Positions 13,990 to 26,135 of a stretch of DNA of 64,000 nt are shown one piece after another; position 1 is the stretch's first letter; each line of letters begins with the position of its first letter. This stretch comes from Puccinia triticina (Eukaryota), in contig CP110440.1 of assembly GCA_026914245.1 (NCBI GenBank), positions 4,154,001 to 4,218,000 of the forward strand, given 5' to 3'. The position numbers and the translations under genes were made by a program. The notes below the pieces were generated by a model. That model had not been told where the DNA came from. It ran no database searches and was given only the letters and a program-made list of their open reading frames with translations.

Positions 13990-15888
13990 GGGTCATACTT
14001 TACGCACTACCAAAAATTACCATGTGCACTCCAAGAATGTTGGAGTGGATAACTTTGCACTCCAGAATAATAATAATCTGGAGTGCACAATCATCCACTC
14101 CAACAATCCAGGAGTGCAAGACCATGCACTCCTAGTTTTTTGGAGTGCACAAGAATGGCACTACCATCATATTTTTGAGAAATCCGATCTTGGAGTGCAT
14201 TTTTGTGCACTCCAAAAAATATGGAGTGCACAGAGTTTCACTCCAAAAACTTTGGAGTGCACAAAAACACACTACCACGCCATTTGGAGTGCAGGGCAAT
14301 ACAAGAGTATTTTTGGTTGATTGCTATTGAAAAAAAAAAAAAACAATGTGTTCAAACTAAAGGCTGGGTTTACAGATCTAGGCCCTTCTGGATAGACAAA
14401 AGCCAGCCTTTGGCGTCTTCAGAAGTCAATTTTGATGCTGTGATGGGTGGGGGGATGGGTTTGACACCATTTTCCCCATTCACCTGGAGTAAAACCCAGT
14501 GATTACCACAAAGAAAGAGGAGGTACATTGGATCCCAGGCTGAGTCTTTGGGACCAAATTCCCCATCTGGCCAGGTCTCTAGGCCGGTATCTGCAGAACT
14601 TCTGGATACGGACCTACTGGTGGCCCGGTTTGGCCTTCGGCCGGGGTTTAAGACTTAAGAGCCGCCTACAGGCGACCACTTAGGGCATCGGCTGAAACAG
14701 TGCCCGATCCGGGATCTTGTATCCCGTAACGGGCTTGAGGGTGAAACTCGGCTGTGTTTCTGATTCCCTTTCCAGCTCTTTCGGCCAGACGTGATTGACC
14801 AATACAAACTGAGCCGCCGGAGGGGGATCTAGTGGTTCTACATACCAGAGGAACCACTTCAGAAGGTGTTGAAAAAACTCAAGTAACTCAATTCAAACGT
14901 CAAATCTTACCACCGCTCAGATAATCAAAGCTGCTTGGATCAGTAATCAACAAAGGAGCTTCGCTGGGCCTTTTGGGATTGGATGGGACATCTTCATGGG
15001 ATGGAACGACTTTGTCTTGAGAGCGGGTGGTACCAACGTTGGGAGAGAGTTCCTTGTTTGTGGGTGGTGAGTCTGAAGGAAGTCGAGATTGATTGGTTCC
15101 AGGGTTGGAGACGCAGGTTGATGGACCTCGCGGGGATTGAGTAGCAAGATCCAGATCCAATTGCACAGGGGCCAATCCCGTTGGTAGAAGTGCCTGAGGG
15201 GCGGTCTGAGGGTTTGTCGTGGTTGGTTCTGGTGTCTGAGGGGCCATTGCGGTCGGTTGTGATGCCTGAAAAAAAGCAAACATTTGTTGCATTTGATTCC
15301 ATATCTCAGGAGGAACGTTCATGCCATTTGTCTGCTGATGATTCGACATGGTGTGTTCCGGGGAGGATGGTTGTATGTTTGGACAATGTTGTGGATGGTG
15401 GGTTTGGAGATTTGCGTGGTTGATAAGTATGGAAGGACTTCAGTGTTAGCACGAGGCAGGTGGGGATGCAGATTGGAGTATGTGGGTGTGTACTCCAAAA
15501 TGTATAGTAGTACACATTTCTGCACTCCATTTTCAGATGACCGGGGGTCCTCAGGAAGGAGTGCACGGATCAACACTCCAAAATATTTGGAGTGATATTT
15601 TGAGCACTCCAAGGGGAGACTGACCTTAGAGTGCTCAAAAGATCACTCCAAATATTTTGGAGTGTTAATCCGTGCACTCCAAAATCTTTGGAGTGCGCAG
15701 GGTGCACTACCTTTTGGAGTGCGCAGGGTGCACTACCTTTTGGAGTGCGCAGGGTGCACTACCTTTTGGAGTGCGCAGGGTGCACTACCTTTTGGAGTGC
15801 GCAGGGTGCACTACCTTTTGGAGTGCGCAGGGTGCACTACCTTTTGGAGTGCACATGGTAATTTTTGGTAGTGCGTAAAGTATGACCC
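13990..15888. mobile_element. Non-autonomous Mutator-like (MULE) TIR element with an internal ORF fragment
   Basis: About 45-bp perfect TIR GGGTCATACTTTACGCACTACCAAAAATTACCATGTGCACTCCAA; 8-bp TSD TTTAATTT; many GGAGTGCA subterminal motifs; internal P/S/T-rich ORF at 14900-15349 (-). Superfamily inferred from G-rich ends and similarity to 20419-21309. Confidence 0.75.
15687..15852 (+). repeat. Perfect 26-bp tandem repeat, 6 copies (TTTTGGAGTGCGCAGGGTGCACTACC)
   Basis: Six identical head-to-tail units in the subterminal region of the MULE; no spacers. Confidence 0.95.
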
Positions 15889-16341
15889 TTTAATTTTTCC
15901 CGGTATTTTTTGGCCAAGATCCGCAGCAATGACCAGTCATCAACAGGTTTTATCCTCTTTGGTGGCCGGCTGACCGGTCATCAAGAGGTTTTATCCTCTT
16001 TGGTGGCCGGCTGACCGGCCATCAAGGAGGAGTTGTATCCTCCTTGATGGCTGGTCAGCCGGCCAACAAGGAGGATAAAACCTCTTGATGACCGGTCAGC
16101 TGGCCATTGAGAGGGGTTGTATCTCTGTCAATGACCAGTCACAGCCGGCCATTGAGAGGGGTTGTATCCCTGTCGATGACCGGTCACAGACGGCCATTGG
16201 GAGGGGTTGTATCCCTGTCGATGACCCCTCAGCTGGCCATCAAAGAGGATAAACCCTCTTGATGACCGGTCAGCCGGTCATCAAGAGGTTGTATCCTTGC
16301 CTCTGCGATGACCGGCTGACCGGTCATCACTGGGATCAGAG

Positions 16342-17006
16342 CTAGCCTAACTAAGCCTCTTGAACGGAGGGGGGAACACCCGCGTCCTGAAGGGACTCTC
16401 TGTAGGAGAGGCTTATGACTAATGTTGTAATTTTGGCTTGAGGGTTTGGGTTGTTTGTGGCTGTCTAGCCATATTTCTTCTTTTTCCCCTCACACAACAA
16501 AAACCGTTCCAACCCGGGTGAAGCTATGAAGGGGTGGAACAGCCAAGCTTCTTGGCTTCCAGTTCCTGTCCTCAAAGTGAAAATCTGTTGCATGAGCTGG
16601 ATTGGGCAAGACATCTAAAACAGAGCTTGGTTCCTGGGGATTGAATTGAATTCTGTACCGTTTTTCAATACATTCACATGATACAGCTCAGAATGACCTT
16701 CAAAACCAAAAGTTTGAAGGAGCATGGAAAGAGAAGGGTTGGGTTCTCAGGGATGAGTGTAGCGTCAAAAGATGGGGAAGAACCAGAGGATTCTCATGGT
16801 CCAAAGGGCATGTGTGGGGCTGTTTGGGAACAAGGTCAAAATTGGAATGACACAAATCCCCCACCAAAAGGCCTCAAACCCTCAGGCCAAAATGTGGACA
16901 TTAGTCCCAAGTCCCTCCTTCCGAGGTCGCGCTTTGCGCGAGGGCGCTTCGCGCCAGCCCAGGCTGTACCAGGGCCCTCCAATGTGGGGGACTTGTGTTA
17001 AGTTAG
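16342..17006 (-). mobile_element. Non-autonomous AcademH-type element (665 bp)
   Basis: Ends CTAGCCTAACTAAG...CTTGTGTTAAGTTAG; perfect 9-bp TSD GGATCAGAG. The right end is a reverse-complement match to the left end of the element at 44538. Confidence 0.85.
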
Positions 17007-17351
17007 GGATCAGAGGTCCTCCAATGGTCTAATCTATGGTAATACAGGTGTAACACATACATACATATGGCTTTAGCATATGTAAGCCCATAAATATGGC
17101 TTTACAGTATGTATTTGGGCCAGTGTCCGTAATGTGAGCCCCCCCCCCAAAAAAAAATTGGCTGGTCAGAAACCTTAGCCCTCGTAGAACTGGAATCTAC
17201 AACCTCCAAAGAGCTCAAAAATGTCATTTACATGACCTAATGCTCATATGCGGAGTCATAGATCCGGCCCGTGTTTGAAATGTCTTGTTGCGGGCGAGGC
17301 TGTACGGTAGGATGCCTTGCGCAACTGTACACTCCGCAGCAGCAACGGGCG

Positions 17352-17424
17352 CTAACTTAACTGAGTCTCTCCCGAGGAGGCGAGTTGGAGGCGCCGAATC
17401 CACCTCCGGACTTAGATAAGTTAG
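17352..17424. mobile_element. 73-bp minimal AcademH-type MITE
   Basis: CTAACTTAACTGAGTC...GACTTAGATAAGTTAG; flanks CAACGGGCG/CAACGGGGG (8/9 match). Confidence 0.7.
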
Positions 17425-17843
17425 CAACGGGGGGGGGGTCTCACGGAATCCCTGCCGCTGGTGAGAAATGTTTTGTTGATATTAAAATAGAAGATGTAGA
17501 TGCGCAAAGCAAAGCAACCATCCATGGATGGGACCCAGATCCATTCAATTGTTGATCGATGTCAATAACCTTCCATTGTTGTGTTGGTTACGTGCACACC
17601 GAGCAAGTACTGATCCTCAGTGGATCTCGCTGCAGATGACTGAAGTGCAGGGGACTTGAACAACTCCAAGAACGGAGAGACGGCTGGCCGTAAGATAAAT
17701 AGGCCCTCGTTCACGCCCAGTCTTGCTCCATCATCCATCCACACATCCCATCTCAACAAATTCACCGACAGCACCTTCCACAGCTAAAAATAGTACAGTA
17801 TCCCTAGCTCTCCCCAAAGTGTTCGACTCGTCCAAACCGCACA

Positions 17844-18860
17844 ATGGTCTCATTCAGCCACTTGTTCACTCTGATCTGTGTTCTCGTCGCCGTGTCTCGT
17901 GCCGACGATGCAGCTAGCCTGAAGTCGGAGGGGGTAGAGGAAAAATGGTTCTTCGGAAACAGATACGGACTCTCGTCATGCTTTGGCACCGGCTTTGGCC
18001 TCTGGGGCGGCTATAATCCTTTGTACCGCAGCTGGGCCGGGATATACAACCTCAACTACTTATACGGATACCAAGGTTTCACCTACTCCCCCCTCCTATT
18101 TGTCAAGGCGACTGAGGGGGCTCAAAGCGTTAGCCGACGTGCCATCGCTCTTGACGATGCCGAACAGCTCGGCCGCCGATCGGACACCGAGTCCGTTAAT
18201 TGTGCTACCCACGGCAAAGCTCCGCAGACTTTCTCTGTCAAGCACTGTTTGGCGTATGTTTTTTTTTTTTTTCTTTTTTTCTTTTTTTTTTTTTTTTTCT
18301 TTTTCTTTCTTTTCATCACAACTTGTGCCTCACTCAATGCTCAGCTCTGAACATCCTCTTGCTTTCGAAATTTAGCGCTGCCCAAGAATTGGCTGAGAAG
18401 AAGGTTTCGACCGCCACTCACGGCAGCTGTCAGGTGTGCCCCGATTTCTTTTGGTTTTGGTGTTCTTCATTTCTGGACTCCAGAATATTAACCATTGTCT
18501 TTTGTAACCACCCAGTTATCCCTTGTCCACGGCACAGAAAAAGTTGCCCCAGGCTCGATGTAAGCTTATTCCCAAGGACTGTTATTCGAAAATACATAAA
18601 TATATTTAACTTAGACTAATCTCGTTCTTTTTCCATAGCACGGTCAAGCAACTTGAAGCGGGTGTTCACAACATGTTACAGGCGTGCAGCAAATCAGCCG
18701 ATGTAAGCCTCACAATTCAATCTGAATCGATATTTATTCCAAACGTATGATTGATTTCTTCGTATTCTTATCTACTTACCAGGAAAAGGAAGCTCCCGCC
18801 AAGGGGGCCGCCAAAATCGACGACAAGCAAGCCTTTATGATCCTCTCTAGCCCGCAATGA
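17844..18860 (+). CDS. Candidate secreted effector, 5 exons, about 218 aa; Gly/Tyr/Phe-rich N-region and 4-Cys C-terminal domain
   Basis: Signal peptide MVSFSHLFTLICVLVAVSRA. Four GT-AG introns splice in frame: ...KHCLA/AAQELAEKKVSTATHGSCQ/LSLVHGTEKVAPGSI/TVKQLEAGVHNMLQACSKSAD/EKEAPAKGAAKIDDKQAFMILSSPQ*. Upstream TATA-like 'gataaatagg'. Confidence 0.85.
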
Positions 18861-19543
18861 GCTTTCTTCAACACGGAACATCCCAAGCTGTTTTTCTGTT
18901 TCTCTTTCTCTCAAGGGCTGTTAATATCAAAATGTGTAGCCATAGTTCCAAATATATCTTTCTATCCATCCAAATTCACCGAAATTGCTCCGCCGCTTTA
19001 AGATCTCAAAGTTACATATATGTCTGTTTCTGAGCCAATGTGAAATATTGTTGACACCAAGATGCAACACAAGACTTGCTGTTGTCTACAAAGAGAACTC
19101 CGTCTGAGGAAAGACTAATACAGATTATCTCCAAGGCAGCCATCACTCATTATCAGAAAGATGCTCTCATTTTCTTGCCGGATGAATGGAGATTTGAGTC
19201 CTTGTGTCTATAGATGTTGCCTCTGAAAAATTGTAGCCCATCATCTCATTTTCTCGCGAAGGGACCCCTCCGTCCGAAATGCCATGTATTACGTCACTTC
19301 CCAAGGCGAAAAGTAAGCCACTTACTCTCAGTAAGCCACTTACTCTCAGTAAGCCTGTCATCATAATCCGCTTGGAATCCGTTCATATAAGCATTAGCGG
19401 TCCTCATCCTGCATCGCACGGCAGACACACAGTCGAAGTCTGGGTTCGTTTCTATACAAGCCTTCGTTGGGAAATATTGGTCGCACTTGACCGCTCAAAA
19501 CCCTTGCTTTCCGCTTCTTCCTGAGTAAAAGAACGCGCTACAA

Positions 19544-20180
19544 ATGCGTGACTTTCCAGTGTTGTTCGCCAAGGGGCTCCAGTTGACCTTGTCGACCGGG
19601 TTGGTAGCTTTGCTTTGGCTGGCTTCATTGGTAGTCGCAGCTGAAAGGGATCAGCTGATCTTCTTACCGACTAGAAATCCCGGGAGTGGGTCTTTACCAT
19701 CGGTACCACTACCCGGCACAGACCATCCCAAGTTGATCTTGGCCTCCTTCGCCGGTCTCCTCCAGCAATGGCCGGACATCTATGCCGACAGCGGCCACTC
19801 GATCATTCCGGGTGTCGTCCCCCGGGGCACGTTGCTCTATCATAAACCAATCATCAGACCCCTCCGCCTTCAGAGGGACTCGAATGGCTTGCCTTCAACC
19901 CCGAGGACAGAATATGTCATTCACGCTCACAGGCTCGGCCAAGTCGATCTGTATACATACACAGCAACACGCGCTCTGTGTATCATCTATTTTGATGGCC
20001 AGAGCTCTTCCTTGGGCACACCTGGCTTCATGGACAGCCAAAGCGTGCTCATCCACGGCACCGTTCCCAGGCAGTTTGGAGATGATAGCCGGTACATCAA
20101 AGCAGAGTACAACCGTGCCCATGAGCTCTGCAAACTTGGAAAACAATGGGGCTTCAAGGGCGTGGTACGGATGAATACTG
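19544..20180 (+). pseudogene. Truncated member of a conserved fungal uncharacterised family (YOR389W-like)
   Basis: Motifs GHSIIPGVVPRGTLLYH, IIYFDGQSS, MDSQ, RAHELC, GVVRMNT. The conserved GLEWLAFNPE motif is present but out of frame. Similarity stops after RMNT. Confidence 0.65.
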
Positions 20181-20418
20181 TGGAACTACTCTTGGGGGAA
20201 CAGAGCTTAGAGAGGGATGAGTGTGTGAAAATCTGCCTCTCAGGTTGGGAGAGTAATATGGGAAAAGAATAAGAGTGTGGGCTCTTGAAGAAAATTGTGG
20301 CTGATGAAGCATTGAGAATAATGCTTTCTAGACAAAATGATGGGAAAAGGAGTAGAGTCAGACTGGTTACTGGTATTCTACTATACAGGTAATTCTTTCA
20401 AGGTAAGTATATTTCTAA

Positions 20419-21309
20419 GGGGCCGGCTTTATGCACTCCAAATATTTACTACATGCACTCCAAAAAAGGAGTGAACTTGTGTCTACTCCAATAAATGTTG
20501 TAGTGAACAAAGGTTCACTCCAAAAGTGGGTTGAATTGGAGTGTTTGGAATTGCACTCCCATATATATTTGGAGTGAACCTTTGTTCACTCCAAAAGTGG
20601 GCTAAATTGGAGTGTTCAGAAGTTCACTTCAATATTTATTGGAGTGAAAACTTGTGCACTCCAATCTTGAAACATACCAAGTTTCAAGATTGGAGTGCAC
20701 TACTGTACACTCCAATAAATACTGGAGTGTACTACTGTACACACCAACAAATACTGGAGTTTACACCTATTTTAAATACATCTATGCACTCCAATCAACT
20801 CCTCCAGATCAACAAAGTCATTCTTTGACCGTTGGAGACCCTGCCTCCCCCTACAGACAAACTTCCACCACACTCACATTCCTCTCCTTAAGACCAGGCC
20901 CCAAAGATTCCAGTGAGTCTGAGCCTATTTCTATGCTCTTTTTCAATGGGAACTACTGGCCCCACTCTTTTGGAGTGCCCAGTGGTCCACACTCCAAAAG
21001 AAAACATGGAGTGGGTTGAAATCCACTCCACAGTTTGAGTGCCTAATTTTATACTCCATTTTTTTGGAGTGCACAAGTTTTCACTCCAATAAATTTTGGA
21101 GTGAACTTCTGAACACTCAAATTTAGCCCAATTTTGGAGTGAACAAAGGTTCACTCCAAACATATATTGGAGTGAAATTCCAAACACTCCAATTCTGCCC
21201 ACTTTTGGAGTGAACCTTTGCTCACTCCAACATTTATTGGAGTAGACACAAGTTCACTCCTTTTTTGGAGTGCATGTAGTAAATATTTGGAGTGCATAAA
21301 GCCAGCCCC
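20419..21309. mobile_element. MULE-type foldback MITE
   Basis: Long TIRs (about 240 bp) starting GGGGCCGGCTTTATGCACTCC and ending GGAGTGCATAAAGCCAGCCCC; perfect 9-bp TSD TATTTCTAA. Confidence 0.9.
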
Positions 21310-22170
21310 TATTTCTAATGATATCTAATGTTAAACTGTGACCAGAGACAAGGAAGGTCTGATGGGGGACAAACAGAATGGGCCAAAAGGCTCTACATTT
21401 ATAGTGAGGGGACAACAGGTGGTTCAGAGACAAAGACAAAGATGAGAAACAGGGTATAAAAGAGGGTACAAAAGCCTCCAACAGGGGGACAAGGCAACAA
21501 GGCAACAAGGCATCTACTACATGGCTTGAGATGACGTAAGAGGAAACAATAACCATGGCGCATCAGCTGCCATGCATCTGAGAAAGAGTTACGCCTTGGT
21601 GGAATAAAGAGAAGTAAAATCTAGTGAACACTCAGGGTCCTTCCAAATAGTCTGGCTCTGTTTGATGGTGGACTTTCTCCCACTTTGAACCTGATTTGGT
21701 ACATATTTTACTGCCAATTGTGGATGACATTCCTTGAAGCTAGATACTGAGATGTTGAGACGCCTTGTAGAGATGATGATAGAGTCTGATTCAATGTTTG
21801 TGTGCGCTTTGAGGTATAATTGATAGGCTGGAGGGTCAGGGTGTAAATGGGTCGGGCCAACCCAAAACCAACCCAAGACCTGTTGGGTTTTGGGTTGGGT
21901 TTGGGCACATTCTTAAAGAAAATGACCTGACCCAAACCCAACCCAACCCAACTTGTAAAATTGTTGCAATGGTGAAAAGCTGCGCTGCGCTACAAAAAGC
22001 GCCTGTTTTAGCGCAGCGCAGCGGGTGCCTGCTACGTGCCCGCCCCAAAAAGCTGTAGCGCAGCCATAAACCGCTGTGCTACGGCTAAATGTAGCTCACT
22101 TGCGCTATTTCCCCAGGTGAAAAAGCGCAAGCGCAGCGGGAAAAGCTGCGCTTTTGAGCTAATATAGCGC

Positions 22171-23034
22171 TGTGGTAGACACTTTAGTTCTGGATGGAAA
22201 AATTCAAAAATTTCTAGTTTACATATGTAGTGTTACATTACACCATCTTTTGATACACACACTCCCTTCAGTTTACATACACAGTTTTACAAAACTGCAT
22301 GTATATATTACCCTTTTACATATATATGTGGCTGCGTGCCAACCAGCCAGCCTCATATGCAGCTGTGTAGCAACCACAAGCCACTTATTACAGTAACCCA
22401 GCCACCACAAGCCCCTTATTGCAGTAACCTAGCAACCACAGGCCACATTAATAAAGCGGTATAATAACCATGGGGCTGTGCAAGTCACTCAAGCAGACTA
22501 CACAGCAATACAGAAAGCTGTGCAGGTCACTTGAGAAGACTCCATAGCAACCAGAGGGCTGTGTAAGCCACACTTGTAACTAGATCACCAGCTAAATTTG
22601 CTCATATATACACTGCCACACTGTACATAGCTGTATTTGCACAGCATTTGTAAAGGAACACCAGCCAAAACCCCTCATGTACATAGACCACCAGCATAAA
22701 TGCCTCACATTTTCCTATATAAGGAGAGGCTCTCTCCTCCTTTGTCCTCCATGGCATCAAATCAAGGAGATCATTCCCCCCACAAGATTCAAATAAATTG
22801 TAACCCTCACACTCTCCGCCACAAAATAAAATACTAGCTTTATATTTTGAAATACACAGTCCATTGTGAGCCACTTGTGAGAAAAGTATTCAACTACACT
22901 AGACCACTGTCTTCTTGCTTCCAGCCTAGCTGGGGGTGTTGTCAGTCTTTGTCTTTCAGAGAAGCAGGGGTTTCCCCACACATACTTCTCTAAATTCAGC
23001 CATAAGAGGTGCAAACTGCTTTTGGAGTCTCACA
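22171..23034 (+). mobile_element. Solo LTR (864 bp)
   Basis: TGTGG...TCACA termini, 4-bp TSD GCGC, internal TATA (cctatataagg) followed by AATAAA. It splits the GCGC-rich hAT end. Confidence 0.8.
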
Positions 23035-24406
23035 GCGCAGCGCAGCTGAAAAAAGCTTTTTTGCGCTAATGTTGAGCTACATGCACTTTTCTGCCACAAA
23101 AGTGCAATAGCGCAGCAGCTCTGATTTGTTTTGAGGCGGCAGCATAGCCCACAGTTGAGGTCTTGAATATGATGGATCCCAAGACCTCTGCTGTGCGCTG
23201 CGAGAGACTCCGGAGAGGGTGGCCGCTGGCTTTGCAAATACCCCTTGGCTCCTCCAATTCATACATCCCGCTGTGGTTTGTTGGAATTTCACTCGTTTCA
23301 GCTCTCCTAACCATTTCCTTTTTCTATGTCATAACACATGTTTCATGTCTCCTTGATTCTGTTTGACTTTTTTCTTATTCATTATGCTTGAATAACTCGC
23401 ACCCACAAGTCAAACAATTTGTATCTAGTCTATTTAAAACACCTTAGACTAGAAGCAAAGAAAATCATCAGTCCTGACCATCTTGATCCTTTGTGCGCAC
23501 TTGAGCCCGCACTCTGTCTTATCTGCAAAGGCACTTAAGCCCCTTCAAGTGAGTTATTAGGTCTTATTTTTCAGACTTCTTGTCTGCTATCGGCTAAGCC
23601 AATCTTTTTCTCTCCGTCCGCTCCGATCGCATATGGTTGAAAATCCTTCATGGTTTGGTACCTCAAGTTCTACTTCCCTCCCCTTCCTCAGTCTGTCATC
23701 CCCATTATCTGTTCTTTCAGAGTTTTTACTTCTCAATTTTTTTTAGTTATGGCTGCCAAAGACAAAGACCCCAGACAATCAACCTTTCCAGTGATCAACA
23801 TCAATCAAACCTCAGAGAATCTTCCCTTATGCGCACCCCAATTACTTGCGACTATCTTGCTTGTCCTGCGAGCTCTGCTTTGGTCAAACAAACATTTTCT
23901 GGCGCAGCAAAGGTGTGCTCATCAGGTGGGTCTAGTCTTTTGGTCCAAACAATTGAGCACTGCATTAGCAGCCACATGTGGCTGCGAAACAATGTCAGGA
24001 TGGAAGGCAAGTTTAAGGATTTTCAGAGACTTATTGATGTGGCGCTTAAGAACCCCAAATTTGGTGAGGCCGCAAACATGGCAAATCAAGGAACATCAAA
24101 ATAGATTATTGGGACGACTAGCTTGTTTAATATCTCCTCCATTATATGTTCCCTCTCTAAAAATGTATTCCTTTTTCTCCATACTACCAAATCAACCATT
24201 AAAACAAAATAAAAAAGCTACTTCCTCCCTTCCCCCCAAAAAAGCGCAAAAAAGCGCAAAAAAGCGCTATAAAATAGCGTAGCCTGCTGTTTAAACGCTA
24301 CTTCCTCCCTTCCCCCAATAAAAGCGCAAAAAAGCGCTATAAAAGCGCTATAAAATAGCGCAGCGCGCTATTTATAGCGGCAGCTTAGCGCTTTTATGGC
24401 TACAAA

Positions 24407-24814
24407 AAACGATGGGAAGTTACATACGTTACAATATCTAGAGGGATTTTCGTAATGTAACTTCCCACCGTTACCAGATAACGCGTTACCGTTATCTGGC
24501 AACATTGCTCCTTGGGCCGGTGAGTAACGTAACAGAGGGTGTTTTCACCCTCAATACCCGGAAAAATAACGGAGATAACGCGTCAACCGCGTTACCAGAG
24601 GTAAAAATGCCATAAAAGGGGGAAAAATCCCCTTTTTTGCACAGTTTATCCTTCTATAATTGCAAGGGATGACGTAACGAGGCTAGGAAGAGAGGGAAAA
24701 AATTTAAAGAAAATGTAACGGAAGCTTTGCCGCCGTCATTGTAACAATAACGGCAAGGATTCCGTTATGTTTTTGTTACACTACCGTTACGGGTAGCGTA
24801 ACCTCCCATAGTTG
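24407..24814. mobile_element. hAT-type MITE with GTAAC/GTTAC motifs
   Basis: ATGGGAAGTTAC...GTAACCTCCCAT inverted ends; flanks share CTACAAA (approximately 8-bp TSD). Confidence 0.6.
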
Positions 24815-25639
24815 CTACAAATAACGGCTAAAAAACAGAAAAGCTACAAGCTTGGGCCAAAAAGCGCAAGTGTAGCCCAAAAATGCTATAAAAAAGCGCA
24901 GCGCATCCGGGCCAAAAAGCGCTGCGCTATCACCAGGAAAAATCAGTAGTCACTAGATGAAAACTGACATGACGCCTGCTCCAGTTGGCTATCCAGCCTC
25001 TAGTGCAATTTTCACCAGCTGCTCCTCAGCTTTGTCCCAGGCACAGCTGCTGCTCAGCCTTGGCCCAGGCCCAGCTACCCCTCAGTTTTGGAACAGGACA
25101 AGCCACTGCTCAGACTTTGCCTGAGCAAGAACAGGCGTTGAAAAACGCACGCCCGTCCCCCGGGGGCACCACGCCTGTGGGACCACACGCCCTTTATCAA
25201 GGGCATGCACGCCCCTGTATGGGCGTGCGAGGGCGTGCACGCCCCAACACTGTGCCTGCTCGCCGGGAGCCCCTCGGCGGGAAGGTGCAAGTGTACAGAT
25301 CCCACCTCGCCAAGAGCCTCTCACACTATGAAAAAAACTTGAGAAACCCCTGTCAGTTGACATGCGGCATACTTGAGTTCAGTCTCCATTTAAACAAGCC
25401 TCATAAAAAATGAATCCTTCCTGGAATTTTTTGGAAGTTGCTTGGCAGTTTGAGCTAAGCAGTATGTTCAGACTCTGCTTAGCCACACCAGCCACCACAC
25501 TAACTTTTTGCACAGTTAGTGTGGAGCTGCTCATCTGGCACAGCAGTAGCACCTAAATACATACAGGCACCCTTTCAAGCGGGAGGCATCCCTCCCTCCA
25601 ACAGACAAGGCCGCATACACCCACCCGCGTGGACCAGGA

Positions 25640-26135
25640 GGAATCCCTCCTGGTCAACAACATAACACAACCCGGAGGAATCCCTCCTGCCCCTGGTCAA
25701 CAAGGCAAGACAACAGTTGACCGGGCTGAATCCCTCCTGGTCGACAACATAGCACAACTGTTGACCGGGCGGAATCCCTCCCAGTCAACAGTTATGTACA
25801 GCTGTCTGGACTGGGAGGACTCCCTCCCGGTCGACAACATCACACAACTGTTGACCGGGCGCAATCCCTCCCGGTTGAAAACATAGCACAACTGTTGACC
25901 GGGCAGAATCCCTCCTGGTTGACAGTTATGTACAGCTGTCTGGACTGGGAGGACTCCCTTGCGGTAAACAACATCACTTAACTGTTGGCCGGGCGGAATC
26001 CCTCATGGTCAACAACATAGCGCAACTGTTGACCGGGCAAAATCCCTCCCAGTTGACAGTTATGTACAACTGTCTGGACTGGGAGGACTCCCTCCCGGTT
26101 GAAAACATCACACAACAGTTGACCGGGCGCAATCT
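25640..26135. repeat. Degenerate tandem array (acaactgttgaccgggc...aatccctcc units)
   Basis: Repeated units of about 40 bp, with a higher-order unit containing 'tatgtacagctgtctggactgggaggactccc'. Confidence 0.75.

Larger units (their letters stand above)
13908..17327. mobile_element. Non-autonomous Tc1/mariner-type element hosting two nested insertions
   Basis: Perfect 27-bp TIR CAGTTGCGCAAGGCATCCTACCGTACA / TGTACGGTAGGATGCCTTGCGCAACTG, flanked by TA on both sides. Confidence 0.85.
21967..24937 (+). mobile_element. Degenerate hAT element with GCGCT-rich ends and a transposase C-terminal remnant
   Basis: DYLACPASSALVKQTFSGAAKVCSSG..TIEHCISSHMWL (about 23848-23990) resembles the hAT dimerisation domain. 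Ends are approximate. Confidence 0.55.

Noticed and set aside
15687..15852. CRISPR-like regular repeat
   Set aside because: Identical head-to-tail units with no spacers, no cas genes, eukaryotic context; it is a TE subterminal minisatellite.
18122..18337. Poly-Lys / poly-Phe ORFs
   Set aside because: They derive from the T-rich first intron of the secreted-protein gene.
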